A stretch of DNA of 64,000 nt from Octopus sinensis (taxonomy: Eukaryota): NCBI RefSeq assembly GCF_006345805.1, contig NW_021832528.1, positions 124,001 through 188,000 on the forward strand, in the 5' to 3' direction. Under the pieces are notes generated by a model that worked only from the letters and a program-made list of their open reading frames with translations, was not told the DNA's origin and searched no databases. The first letter of the stretch is position 1. Each line of letters begins with the position of its first letter. The translations under genes and the position numbers were made by a program. This document shows, piece by piece, positions 52,262 through 64,000 of the stretch.

Positions 52262-53275
52262 TCTTAAATCGCTGTACTTCTGCGATTATTACTACGACAT
52301 ATAATCTAACATTCCTGGACATTCGTGTTATCAACTAACACTTATTGTCTCTCCTCGAGTTAGTGAGGAGACCTGAGAGCCAAAACTCGTATACTCCCGC
52401 CCAAGACTTTACTAGTGTCCTCTTGTCTCTCCACCGCTAGATATTGAGTATTGACAAGGTGTCATGTAATCCTCGATGCCCTTAGACCAGGAAAACCAGG
52501 AAACCAGCTGGCCGTACCAAAGAATATCTATAGCAATTTTGCGAGGTAATTCGTATGCTATTTGTGATGTATCCACTGGCGAATTCTAATTGTTTTACAC
52601 TTCCAACTTCTTGTAAATTAAAGATAATTTTTTATTATTCTTCAGACCATATCATTCAACGGCAGACCTACTTACAATCAAATTGCAATCAAACGCTAAT
52701 GATTAAACCAATCATTGTGAGAGGTCGAGTTCTGTTTGGAGTTAAATGGTCTAGTAACCTTGAACACCTCCTGGCGCCCTATTTTGCTGATTGGCTTAGT
52801 TTTGTCTCTTTGATCTCCAATGGGCTAGCCTAATGTTTGTTTATTCGAGAAAGCAGACGATTTGAAGGGTCTTCACTTTTCTAGTCAAAATAAATTAAGA
52901 CCGCTCAAGTTATATGAAGGTGGTTTATCCACAAAAACAAACGTAAGACTACAAGACCAAACAATCCCAGCACACACTGGATTGTAGAACCATCATTAAA
53001 AAACTTTTTAAAATGATAGACACAAATGAAAAAAAGTCGCTGGAAATTTTGGAAATTCCAGTTTGCTATTATAACAAGGCTGTACACTCATTTTCAAATC
53101 AGAGTCCTTTCAAAAGACATTAAAAGATATGCGGAATAAAAACTTTTGTTGCATGTTATAATTATCAAATTATGTATTTAGAAAATATTAGAAATCATTT
53201 TGAAAAGAAAAACTTGACCAGAAAGTAACTTATATAATGAAATAATTACGATAATATTACTCAAAATTTACCTAA

Positions 53276-54035
53276 TTTTTTTCAAAACTAAGAAGTAGAT
53301 TTAATCAAAATCAAAGAACCAAGGAAAACAGAGTAACTAACAAATCAACTTCCTCAAGTTGAGATGGTTCTTTGACATGGACAGCAACAGGCGCGACTTG
53401 TTCGGATGTATTCTCGGCCTCATCGATTTCAACATCAAGAGCGCAGGCCACAATAGTATTAATGGCAGAAATAAACTTGGAAATATTTGGTACAGAGAAT
53501 CCACTTTGTACAGCAGCTTGAGTATGAAGCAAATCAATAGATTTAAGTAAAGCAGTAGAATTTTCGTTTAAGAGGGCTCCTTTTGACCTTTTTGAGACGA
53601 AGAAAAAGAAATCTGGAATTAAGTTGTATGTCCGACGAGTCTTTATAATGGACGAATGTCTTGATCTTGTCCCTTTTTAAAGGGTTGATGGATAGCAACG
53701 ATTTGCTCTCAACCTTTCAAAAGAGATGTTGGCAGAGCAATACAGTCCTTAAAGTTATCAAAAGAACATTGTTAAAAATGCTTTGGACATGTTTTTGGAA
53801 ATGAAATAAAATAAAGAGTTGTATGGGAAATTTTACGAGCAGTACCACAAGAGCGTCAAGCTTGGTATTCATGAGGATTCCACAAATCAGGAGAGACTTG
53901 TTGAGCTTGTCATGTTCAAATCGAATAAATCAAGAACAGAATGACTGATTTTGATTCCTATGTTAAGAGAATGAAAGAAAAGCAGAATGAGATTTATTAT
54001 GTATGTGGTGAGGATGTTGCCTCTGTTTCAGATAT
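53276..54035. pseudogene. rearranged Hsp90 pseudogene (C-terminus on -, middle domain on +)
   Basis: Plus strand: [42 protein letters not shown]. Minus strand: SGFSV..QLEEVD. Frameshifts and a stop are present. Confidence 0.88.
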
Positions 54036-55103
54036 GAAGTTTTGTATCTTGTTGATTTGTTTGAAGAATATGCAGTTCAGAAAATCAAGAATTATAAGGG
54101 GAATAAATTATTATTATTTACCTAACTGTATTACAAAATATTTTATATAAATACTTGAAATTCAAAATTAATAATTTTAAAACAATAAAAATAAAACTCA
54201 AAGAACATAATAACTTATTAAACATTTTTAAAACTTACTTTTCATACAAAAAACATAATATTACATTAAAAAATTATTCGTTCAACAATTTTTCATGAAA
54301 TCCATATATTGTGATATTGTTCGAAGAACTTTCCAACATAAAACAGAATAATCAAATAAAACAATTCATTGATTACATAATGGTTCATTGATTACAAAAA
54401 TAGCACCGTTTTATCTTGCTGCGGGAAATGGGAGCAGCTCATTCAAACAATTCGAATACTGGTTTAGTTTCCCAAAAAGTTAATTTTCTTACTCCGGCTC
54501 TTTGTGGTGTATGTACCAATGCAATTTTATATATTTTGTACTAGTATCTTTACATTGTTTTATATGAATTTTTGTTTCTTGTTCTTGTGACCTCATGTCT
54601 CGCAAAAAATTGAGGCGACCTTGGTATTTCTGAACTGAATTAACTGCAATACGTTTATTTAAATGGCACTTTGAAATTGTCGACCAAATTCTGAAAAAGA
54701 TTCGGGTTTGTGATGTATAATATAGGAGGGTAAGTACTTTGTAAATAAGAAAGTAATCAATAGTCTACATCACATACATTCAAAAAACATATAAATCTGA
54801 GAAACTTCTGTTCTATTTCAAAAACAAAAAAGTTTTCTATCACTTAAGATCGACCGATTTCCCCATTTAAAGAGAAGTGGATAAGCAGTCGCTTACAAAA
54901 CTTTATTTGTTTTTGGCTAGATTTTGCATTATGAAAAGTTTCATTGGTAATGTAAATCAAAGAAGATAGGGGATTCACTTTTAAAACATATCGTACCAGA
55001 CAGACTTGATGTCTTAGGACGTCAAACGGTGACAAGTTTAATTCCACGAATACTGCCGTACTCAACAATCTTAAACATACTCTTCACCCAACAGGAACAA
55101 AAA

Positions 55104-55221
55104 ACGTACGACACTGTTTGTTCCCAGGCGGTCACCCAGCCAAGTACTAGAACAGCCTGTAATCGCTTAACTGCCGTGTTCGGATGGGAACGGGTATTTA
55201 CGACTAAGTATGATCGTACAA
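55104..55221 (-). rRNA. 5S rRNA (divergent)
   Basis: About 118 nt. 5' GTACGAT pairs with 3' GTCGTAC. Internal AGTTAAGC and CTAGTACTTGGCTGGGTGACCGCCTGGGAA. Followed by a T6 Pol III terminator. Confidence 0.88.
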
Positions 55222-55403
55222 TTTTTAAAATTGTGACATTTTTGGAAATAGATAATTCATTTTCCATATCTTCTATATTCAATATTGTATATTGGCTGGT
55301 GTTTACTTTTCTACTTAATAGTAGATTTTATTTTGATCAATAAATATTTTCGGAGGACTTGAAGTAATCGTAAAAAGCTGTCCGTCATTGGTTAAAGTAA
55401 ATA

Positions 55404-58055
55404 CAGTCAACCCTCTCTATAATGAACAAAATGTCCACGTCAAAACATCATGTTCACTATTGTCTATAGTGAACAAAAGGAATCAAAATAACAATAAACA
55501 ATATTAAAGTATGTGACAGTCCGAATAAAATACACGCCGAATAATCTACACTTGTCACAAATGGCTGAAAAAATTAGAAATCTAAAAATTAGTATGAAAA
55601 AAATCAATAATTGATTATTTATTTTAGTAGAATCACATTATTATTTTTTATTTAAAAAAGCGTGAAACATGCGTGTAGTGAGATTATTTAAGGAACACTG
55701 GACAAAATCAAAGAAATGAAAGACTCCAACTTTGATACATCGTCAATCGAGCGGCATGAGCGATACAGGCTCACAAAATTGGGAAAGAATTTCCATTTTG
55801 AAAATGGAAAAACATATTTTCGAAAAAATGGGCTTAAATTGCGTTTTTTCTGTGAAGATGAAATCGAATTAAAGCTTAAGTGCGTTGAGGTCCAACTTAA
55901 TAAATAAAATTTAGGCGGAACATAACTATAACCACTTGGGAGAGACCGGCTTTTTTCGAATTAAGAAATCTCTATTATGGATTGAATAGAGAAGAAATCT
56001 CTAAGGTGATTTCGAATTGTGCTTTCTGTCAGGTAATAACTCCTTTTAGTAAATATTCTTAGTCGAAAAAATTATTGTCTACGAAGCCTCCGATTACGCC
56101 AATCATTGCAAGGAGATGTAGGGACAGATACATTGCGGATTTAATTGACCTCAGAAGATATTCGGCGTTGAATGATGGCTTTAGCTGGGTATGAATTTAA
56201 TGTTAATAAATAGATTTTGGTAATTGTGGATTCTTTTAGAAAACTTAATTAGGCACGAGAAAGTGCATTAGAAAACTTAATTATTGCTGGCGAAAAAATG
56301 ATTGAAAAAAGAAAATGGAGATACGACGAAGAAAATATCAATGTCGGAACGACTGTGCTTTTAAGGTCTCAAGCGTCAAATTAATTTTTAGACAGGACAA
56401 CGATGCCAATGTTCGGCAGTATCCGCTGTACGATGGACTTGATGTTAATAAGTATATTGTTGTCGAGCGAAGAAATGATCTCTATGTTATCGAAAAGGAG
56501 GACGGTGAGCGGTTACACGGAATTCATATTTCTCGATTAGCTAAAATTGATTAATTTTCATAAATCCATAATAAAAATAATTTTTTATTTAAATTAACGA
56601 TAAATTTTATATGAAAATTTTATTAGGATAACCTAAAATGGAATAACAATATTCAAACGTTTAAGTTAACTGCGTAAATTGAGTGTGGTTGGTTTTGTTT
56701 ATATAAATTAGTAAAAAAGGTTAATGAATTTTACATTAAAAATCATATTTTTAATAATAATTAAACATTTTGTTGTGTAAATTTTTATTTCAGTAAAATT
56801 AAAGAATGTAATTATTCGGCGTGTATTTTATTCGTACTGTGACAAAGTATAATTACAAAGATTATTTAGAGATTTTAATCATGTAATCGGTGATTTTTTG
56901 AGAATTATTAGTTTGATAATTTCTTAAAATTTTTCGTATTTCGTATACTTTTCCTCTTTGTTCATAATCATTCTCAAGAAACCATAATTCAAGCGCCTTC
57001 GCATATTCACTAGCTTCATATTCACTAGCCATATGTCATCCATGCTTTTTTATTTGATTTGTATTCCACTTGTAAATTATTAATTAATTTCTTCTTCCTT
57101 TAAAGCAGCGTGGATTTTTGGCTTTTCCAATAACAAATGGGTCAAGTTTTTCTCCCATCATACTAACGCAAAACATAACAGTTACTCTTTCTTTTATCGG
57201 TTTTTTAGACAAATTTTTGTCCGAGTCAACAGCTAATGTTCTCTTCGACAAAAATTTAAAAAACAATCCAGTTTCGTCCAAATTAAAAATATTTTTGAAC
57301 AATATTGTTCTAATTTTCTATTGAGGCTTTCTGTAAAATTTTCAATCATAGACGTTTCAACAAATTGATTTTCCTCACATAAAGCACGGGAAGCAATCTA
57401 ATATCGATTTTTAAATTTCTCAAGCCATCCATTTGATGCTTGAAATCCTTGAATATTACAAACTTTCGCCATTTTTAGAGACATGGACTTCAAAAGATAT
57501 TCATTGATTGTAAATCCAAATGATCGTTTTTTAACGAACCATTCAAATAAATCTCTGTCGAATGGTTGAGACTTGGGCAATTAAATTTTCTTCTTTTTTT
57601 GGTCATCTTGAACATTAAGTATTCCTTCAGAATTTTTCAAAATTTTGTTTATGCAGCCCAGAGAAACATTGAAATAAAGGGATAAATCGCGCTGTGTGTA
57701 ATGTCTATTTTTATGATAAAATTCGATTATTTCCTTCTTTTGAAAAAATGACAGGCGTTTTCGATTTTCCACCATGCTAACAACTGTAGAACGTGTAGTT
57801 TATTCATTTTAAAGAATTTTAAATATATATGTAAAAAATATTAAATTTAATATTTTTATGTTCACAAAATTTGACGTTCACTATTCTTTAATAGTGAACA
57901 AAAAAATATTTAAATAAATGATATTATACATTTTTAAACGTGGTATTCATTTTATAATAAATATATTAATGAGAATTACTAATATTTGTTATTGTAGATT
58001 GCATTAATATGGCCTGTTCACTATAGAGAGGGTTCACTATAGAGAGGGTTGACTG
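55404..58055 (-). mobile_element. pogo/Tigger DNA transposon (defective), TA TSD
   Basis: TA|CAGTCAACCCTCTCTATA...TATAGAGAGGGTTGACTG|TA. Transposase pieces at 56960-57775: psq HTH, ASNGWLEKFK, IFNLDETGLFF. Confidence 0.92.
55512..56844 (+). mobile_element. Ginger-like element with both TIRs, TSD AAGTA, nested in pogo
   Basis: AAGTA|TGTGACAGTCCGAATAAAATACACGCCGAATAAT ... ATTATTCGGCGTGTATTTTATTCGTACTGTGACA|AAGTA. Integrase exons are split by 25-, 30- and 25-nt introns. Core deleted after VDSF. Confidence 0.9.
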
Positions 58056-58307
58056 TATATGTGGAAGAACATTGGAAGAACTTACTAGACTTGTATACGA
58101 CTGATTCTATTTCCAAGCTCTGTTTAAACAACTTTTCGCCAATATTTTCCATAATGAAGAGTTTTCATTAGTAATGTAAATCAGGTAAGATAAGCGATCC
58201 ACTTTTAACAACAACAAACGCACATGCCTTCTTAGAACAGGGAACGCTGACACGTTTAACTACTCTACCATCCTAAACACACTCTTCACCCAACAGGCAC
58301 CAAAAAT

Positions 58308-58379
58308 TGACACTGTTTGTTCCCAAACGGTCACCCAGCCAAGCACTAGAAGTCGCTTAACTGCCGTGTTCGGATGGGA
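58308..58379 (-). pseudogene. truncated 5S rRNA pseudogene
   Basis: Matches the 3' two-thirds of 55104-55221 with an internal deletion. About 160 bp of the downstream flank is also homologous. Confidence 0.85.
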
Positions 58380-58476
58380 CACCTCCACTCCTCTAGTCAC
58401 TATAGACAGAGTATCCCTGTAAGACTACTAACGGGACTGGCCGTATAAATAAAAAGACACAAATTAATAAATCAAT

Positions 58477-58839
58477 TTAATTATTTTTTTTGCCTTTATT
58501 GGCAACAATAAACTCATCATAATGATCTCTCCTTTTACGTTCAAATTCCGACAATGTCCGTTTTGGTTCCTCAAGTTTGACTGCACTCTCCTGACTACAA
58601 ACAGGGGAGGTTACAGTCTCCCACACTGCGCCTGCAAAGTCGGGTTGTTCTTCTGAGGTCGGGACTGTGCTTGGTTCGAAGGGAGTCTTTGGTTCGTCTA
58701 TTTTCATATGTCCGTAGTCCTTGTCGATTGGGTGGAGAGTCGCCAAAACATTCATTTCATCAAAAGTTTGAGTTTTACAAGATTTATTTACTGAAGGATT
58801 CTTTTTTAGAATACCACGAGGATTTCCTTGTTCTGACAT
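58477..58839 (-). CDS. PPP1R2: protein phosphatase 1 inhibitor-2
   Basis: [42 protein letters not shown]. Confidence 0.9.
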   Translation of the reverse strand: MSEQGNPRGILKKNPSVNKSCKTQTFDEMNVLATLHPIDKDYGHMKIDEPKTPFEPSTVPTSEEQPDFAGAVWETVTSPVCSQESAVKLEEPKRTLSEFERKRRDHYDEFIVANKGKKNN

Positions 58840-58904
58840 TTAATGTCCCACCAGAATAATAATTTAAATAATTTTATTAATATTAGTTGATTACCGATTT
58901 AATT

Positions 58905-59955
58905 AAATTAATTATTTATCCACATAACGATCAATGTCAAAAGTGTATCATCTGGAGGGTCACCAACAAATAGGTCATCCATCAACAAAGGATCTATAAA
59001 TATTCAATATAATATAACTTTCAATATAATTATATTTAGAAAAATCCACAATTCCTGCACTTTTTAAAATTTCTTCATCTATGCAAAAATTCCCGCTAAA
59101 ATCCCTGCTATTTTTCTTCAAAACTTCAAAGGCGGCATCTGCCATTATTTCCGGACTCCGACAAAAGTTTTTCGCCTCGATTTTCCCGCCACAAACCATA
59201 TCAATTGCCGCGGTTTTTATTGTAGTTTTGGGCCACAGTGCATTGAAGGCCACTCCTCTGGTCTTGTAGTCCTTGGCCAGTCCGGTGATCAGACCTGACA
59301 TTGCCGCCTTGGTCACAGTGTAGGCTGAGTGAGTCCGATACCAGTTATGATGAAGGGGCAGAGGGGGACTCAGATTGATAACATGAGGATTAGAAGATTT
59401 TAATAAATATTTAATACAATGTTTTATACTATATTTAAATTATATTTCATTTTGGTTTATATAATTTATAATAAATATTTAAATTACCAAAGTAGTGTGC
59501 CGCGTATGTTGATGTTGAGCATTAGGTCTAGTTTTTTAGTTTCCAGGTCTTCAAGTGAGGACAAGTGATGGCACTGGCATTGTTAATAAGCACATCAATC
59601 CCTCCAAAAGTATCCACTGTTTTTTCCACAGCTTGTTCGATCTATTCCAATTTTTGTATAAAATCCACAAACAGCATTTTCGTTGCGAATATCCAGTTCA
59701 CATGCCAGTCCTCTCCCTCCAGCATTACTTACTATTATATATGTGGGTATATATTAGTTACTTTCATTTACTGTGGAGTATATAGTGCCTGGTAGGACTG
59801 GGTGTGGATTGACGGTTTTTGACCCAATTGAGACATTTGCCCCGTTTTTTGCTAGTTTTAGTGCAATTGCTTTGCCTATTCCACGACTTGCCCCTGTTAT
59901 TAAGATTGTCTTGCCCACTAGAGACCTATTATTAGGAATTAGTGCAACCCCACAT
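58905..59955 (-). CDS. HSDL2: HSDL2-like short-chain dehydrogenase/reductase (no SCP2 domain), multi-exon
   Basis: ITGASRGIGKAIA, KTVNPHPVLPGTIY, GGIDVLINNASA, NLSPP, catalytic YTVTK, NALWPKT, EIMADAA. Introns of about 23-59 nt. Start codon position approximate. Confidence 0.85.
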
Positions 59956-60012
59956 CAATCAGCAACAAATTATTTCAAATATTTATAATTTATTTGTTTG
60001 AAAAAAATCAGT

Positions 60013-62070
60013 TAATTTCAATTTTTATATTTTTTAAATCTTTGAAAACTAAATTATTATATTTTTGGGGTGTATCAAAAGATGTTTTTTGCGTGATATT
60101 ATTCATCATTTTTTTGATATGTTTTTTTTGTTTTTTGTGTCAATTTCATTATAAAATTCTCGACTTTTGACTAGATTTTTGTTTCTAAATATTACTTAGT
60201 TATTATTTCATCCAGGATTTCTTACCCGCAATTTTTATCTTCGGCCAATTCTACTATTTTTTCCTCAATTTCCTTCCAACAATTAATTTCTTTTATTTAT
60301 TTAATTTCCATCTACGGGTTTTTAACAACTAACATAATCTGTAGCATAGCTATTGAATGCCGTTTTTTAAATTTTTGAGCTTAGTAAATTTATTTTTATT
60401 GTTATATTCTAATACAGTGAATACTTCCAAATTTGCCATTTTTGGTTCCGTCATTTAATGCGGCGAATTTGAGAAATGGCGAATTTGTGAATATATTCAA
60501 TAATTTTTGAATGTGAGTAGAACTGCTTATTTTTCAATTTTTATATTTTTTTAAATCTTTGAAAACTAAATTATTATATTTTTGGGGTGTATCAAAAGAT
60601 GTTTTTTGCGTGACATTATTCATCATTTTTTTGATATGTTTTTTTGTTTTTTGTGTCAATTTCATTATAAAATTCTCGACTTTTGACTAGATTTTTGTTT
60701 CTAAATATTACTTAGTATTATTTCATCCAGGATTTCTTGCCCGCAATTTTTCTTCGGCCAATTCTACTATTTTTTCTCAATTTCCTTCCAACAATTAATT
60801 TCTTTTATTTATTTAATTTCCATCTACGGTTTTTAACAACTAACATAATCTGTAGCATAGCTATTGAATGCCGTTTTTTTAATTTATTGAGCTTAGTAAA
60901 TTTATTTGTTATTGTTATATTCTAATACAGTGAATACTTCCAATTTGCCATTTGGTTCCGTCATTTAATGCGGCGAATTTGAGAAATGGCGAATTTGTGA
61001 ATATATTCAATAATTTTTGAATGTGAGTAGAACTGCTTAATTTCAATTTTTATATTTTTAAATCTTTGAAAACTAAATTATTATATTTTTGGGGTGTATC
61101 AAAAGATGTTTTTTGCGTGACATTATTCATCATTTTTTTGATATGTTTTTTTGTTTTTTGTGTCAATTTCATTATAAAATTCTCGACTTTTGACTAGATT
61201 TTGTGTTTCTAATATTACTTAGTTATTATTCATCCAGGATTTCTTGCCCGCAATTTTTATCTTCGGCCAATTCTACTATTTTTTCTCAATTTCCTTCAAA
61301 CAATTAATTCTTTTATTTATTTAATTTCCATCTACGGGTTTTTTAACAACTAACATAATCTGTAGCATAGCTATTGAATGCCGGTTTTTAAATTTATTGA
61401 GCTTAGTAAATTTATTTGTTATTGTTATATTCTAATACAGTGAATACTTCCAAATTTGCCATTTTTGGTTCCGTCATTTAATGCGGCGAATTTGAGAAAT
61501 GGCGAATTTGTGAATATATTCAATAATTTTTGAATGTGAGTAGAACTGCTTAATTTCAATTTTTATATTTTTTAAATCTTTGAAAACTAAATTATTATAT
61601 TTTTGGGGTGTATCAAAAGATGTTTTTTGCGTGACATTATTCATCATTTTTTTGATATGTTTTTTTGTTTTTTGTGTCAATTTCATTATAAAATTCTCGA
61701 CTTTTGACTAGATTTTTGTTTCTAAATATTACTTAGTTATTATTTCATCCAGGATTTCTTGCCCGCAATTTTTATCTTCGGCCAATTCTACTATTTTTTT
61801 CTCAATTTCCTTCCAACAATTAATTTCTTTTATTTATTTAATTTCCATCTACGGGTTTTTAACAACTAACATAATCTGTAGCATAGCTATTGAATGCCGT
61901 TTTTTAAATTTATTGAGCTTAGTAAATTTATTTGTTATTGTTATATTCTAATACAGTGAATACTTCCAAATTTGCCATTTTTGGTTCCGTCATTTAATGC
62001 GGCGAATTTGAGAAATGGCGAATTTGTGAATATATTCAATAATTTTTGAATGTGAGTAGAACTGCTTAAT
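60013..62070 (+). repeat. about 512-bp tandem repeat, 4 units
   Basis: tttcaatttttatatttt..ggggtgtatcaaaagatg recurs at about 60015, 60532, 61040 and 61552. Confidence 0.95.
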
Positions 62071-62199
62071 AATTCGAAAATAGCCAAAATTGACGTACTT
62101 GAAAAAATTAATTTTATTTTAACAAAGAATTATGCTTTTTTATCAAAGTAAATTCCAGTCCCGTTTGTTGTCTCTTTATTTTGATTTGTTTCTTCAAAT

Positions 62200-62800
62200 C
62201 TTCAAATTGAAGTAATTAGACGCACATCTTCTTCGTTTTCAACATATCGATTAGTGACTTCTCAATTTCTTTTAATTTTACACCAATCTCATTTCTAGTG
62301 AGATGAAATATTGTTTGTTCATTTGAAGGAAAATTTTTATCTGCAGATTGTTCTTCAGGATCTTCATTATCGAAATTACTTTCTTCGTTAATTGCATTTT
62401 CTTCTAAATAATTTATAGAAGTGAATTCTTCAATTTGAATAGGATCATAAATATCTGTTTTAATTATCAATTCATCAATTAAATTTTTATCTGTAGATTG
62501 TTCATCAAAATCTATTTTTCCAGTTTTTTGAAGCAATTTTCAATAGTTTTTGAGCATACGTCTTCCCAAGCCATTTTTAAAAAAACAGTGTCCTTAAGAT
62601 TTAAATGTTTATAGGATTCATAAACCGAAACTTTGTCTGTTTCCAAAATTTTAGTGAGATAAAATAATTTGTGCCTATTAAAGTGCACTTTAAATGTTTT
62701 GATAATTCCCAAGTCCATTGGTTGTATTATTCATGTTGCATTTTTAGGAAAGAACATAATTTTTATATTTTCAAGATGACAACTTACAATTAAATTTGGT
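62200..62800 (-). mobile_element. pogo/Tigger transposase C-terminal remnant
   Basis: FFPKNAT..QPMDLGIIKTFKVHF..AWEDVCSKTIENCFKK. Confidence 0.8.
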
Positions 62801-62829
62801 GTCTTAATTTACAATTACAATTACACAAT

Positions 62830-64000
62830 GGGGAAAGGCCTGGCACCCTACCCCGTTTCTTCTTGTTGCCTTGCAAATTCTTCTGACAAACCTTTCACGG
62901 ATCCTTCTGCCCAAATTGTCAATAACGTTAACCCTTTTCCTACTAATGTGCGCATTGCGGATTCTCACAAAATTGCAACGTGGAATGTAAGAGGACTTAG
63001 TTCCGGGAAATTGGACATTGTAAAATCTGAAATGCGTCGTTTAAATATTGACTTACTTGGCATAAGTGAAGTCCACTGGAAAAACAATGGTTGTTTTCAG
63101 TCTGATGATTTCGTGATTTATTATTCTGGCAATGAACATATGAAAAGAAATGCTGTCGCTTTCATTACTTCGAAAAAATTTTCCCATTTCATTGAAAGTC
63201 ATACAATTATCAGCGATCGTATTATTCTTATCCACGTGCGTGGAAAACCACTGCATCTTACATTTATACAAGTTTATTGCCCAACTACTGCGGCAAACGA
63301 TTATCAAATTAACACCTTCTATGATGAGCTCCAGGATTCCTTGCGTAAGACGCCAAAGAATGCCATAATTTACATATTGGGTGATTTCAATGCAAAAGTT
63401 GGAAGCCTCAAGCACAATGACACCGTTGGGAATTTTGGTCTGGGTCTAAGAAATGATGCTGGGGATCGCTTGATTCAGTTCTGCGAAGAAAATCGGTTCC
63501 GTATTACCAATACCTGCTTTCAACAACCTAAGAGAAGACTATATACATGGACTTCTCCTGATGGAAAAACCAGAAATCAGATTGATTATATTCTATGCAG
63601 CAACCGGTGGAAGAGTTCCATAACTGCCATCAAGACTTTTCCCGGTGCAGATTGTGGATCGGACCATGAACTACTCGTTGCTAAAATCCGCGTCAGACTC
63701 AGTAGAATAAAACATAAAAAGCATGGAAGAAATTTAGACCTTCGAAATATCCCATCTGCCTTCTCCGCCCAGGTTGAAGAAAATTTCAAACTGTTGGATA
63801 CTAACGGAGCTGCACCAGAGGTTCTGTGGCTCAGCATAAAGTCGATCATCAACACTGCGGCAGAAAAACATCTGTCCATCAAAAAATCTGACTCTAAATG
63901 CGATTGGCTATCAGAAGATACTATTAAAATTGCTCTCTGTCGTAGAGAAGCAAAGGCTTCTGGCAGGAAAAAGGATGTCGTCTTTCTAAATGCCAAATTC
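62830..64000 (+). mobile_element. RTE-clade LINE, 5' part (APE endonuclease), runs off the window
   Basis: IATWNVRGL, LGISEVHW, IQVYCPT, LGDFNAKVG, YTWTSPDGKTRNQIDYIL, GADCGSDHELL. One frameshift near 63180. Confidence 0.92.

Noticed and set aside
58165-58210. Spliced-leader RNA in the 5S spacer (CAG|GTAAG)
   Set aside because: The donor-like site is not conserved in the homologous spacer at about 54960, and no clear Sm site is present.
63053-63996. Minus-strand ORFs of 120 and 136 aa
   Set aside because: They are antisense shadows of the plus-strand RTE endonuclease.

Overview
AT-rich eukaryotic (animal) DNA. It has very small GT-AG introns of about 23-31 nt, an innexin gene and TTAGGG-type motifs. 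This combination suggests a compact parasite genome such as a dicyemid, which is an inference and was not checked. The few host genes are an SLC35F-like transporter, innexin, a secreted EGF_CA protein, an HSDL2-like SDR, PP1 inhibitor-2, a 5S rRNA, and broken beta-hexosaminidase and Hsp90 copies. They sit among nested mobile DNA: CRE-, Jockey- and RTE-type LINEs, hAT, pogo, Tc1, a Helitron and Ginger-like integrase elements. Five items stand out. (1) A four-level nest: a hAT remnant holds a TGTCAC-ended MITE with a 5-bp TSD. The MITE carries an expanded telomere-motif satellite and two 5'-truncated Jockey-like LINE copies, each bounded by the same 10-bp target TTGCCTTTAT. An empty copy of the same MITE lies 2.5 kb away. 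This points to a LINE that targets one site in a DNA transposon. (2) A degraded nodavirus-like RNA-virus replicase is integrated at about 5.6-8.2 kb. (3) The Ginger-like integrases carry host-sized mini-introns at conserved positions and all lack the catalytic core. (4) A satellite is built from a Myb/SANT coding segment. (5) There is an inverted Hsp90 retrocopy. Many frameshifts are single-base losses in homopolymers, so long-read assembly error is likely and pseudogene calls based only on frameshifts are weak. All family assignments come from motif recognition by eye, with no database search.
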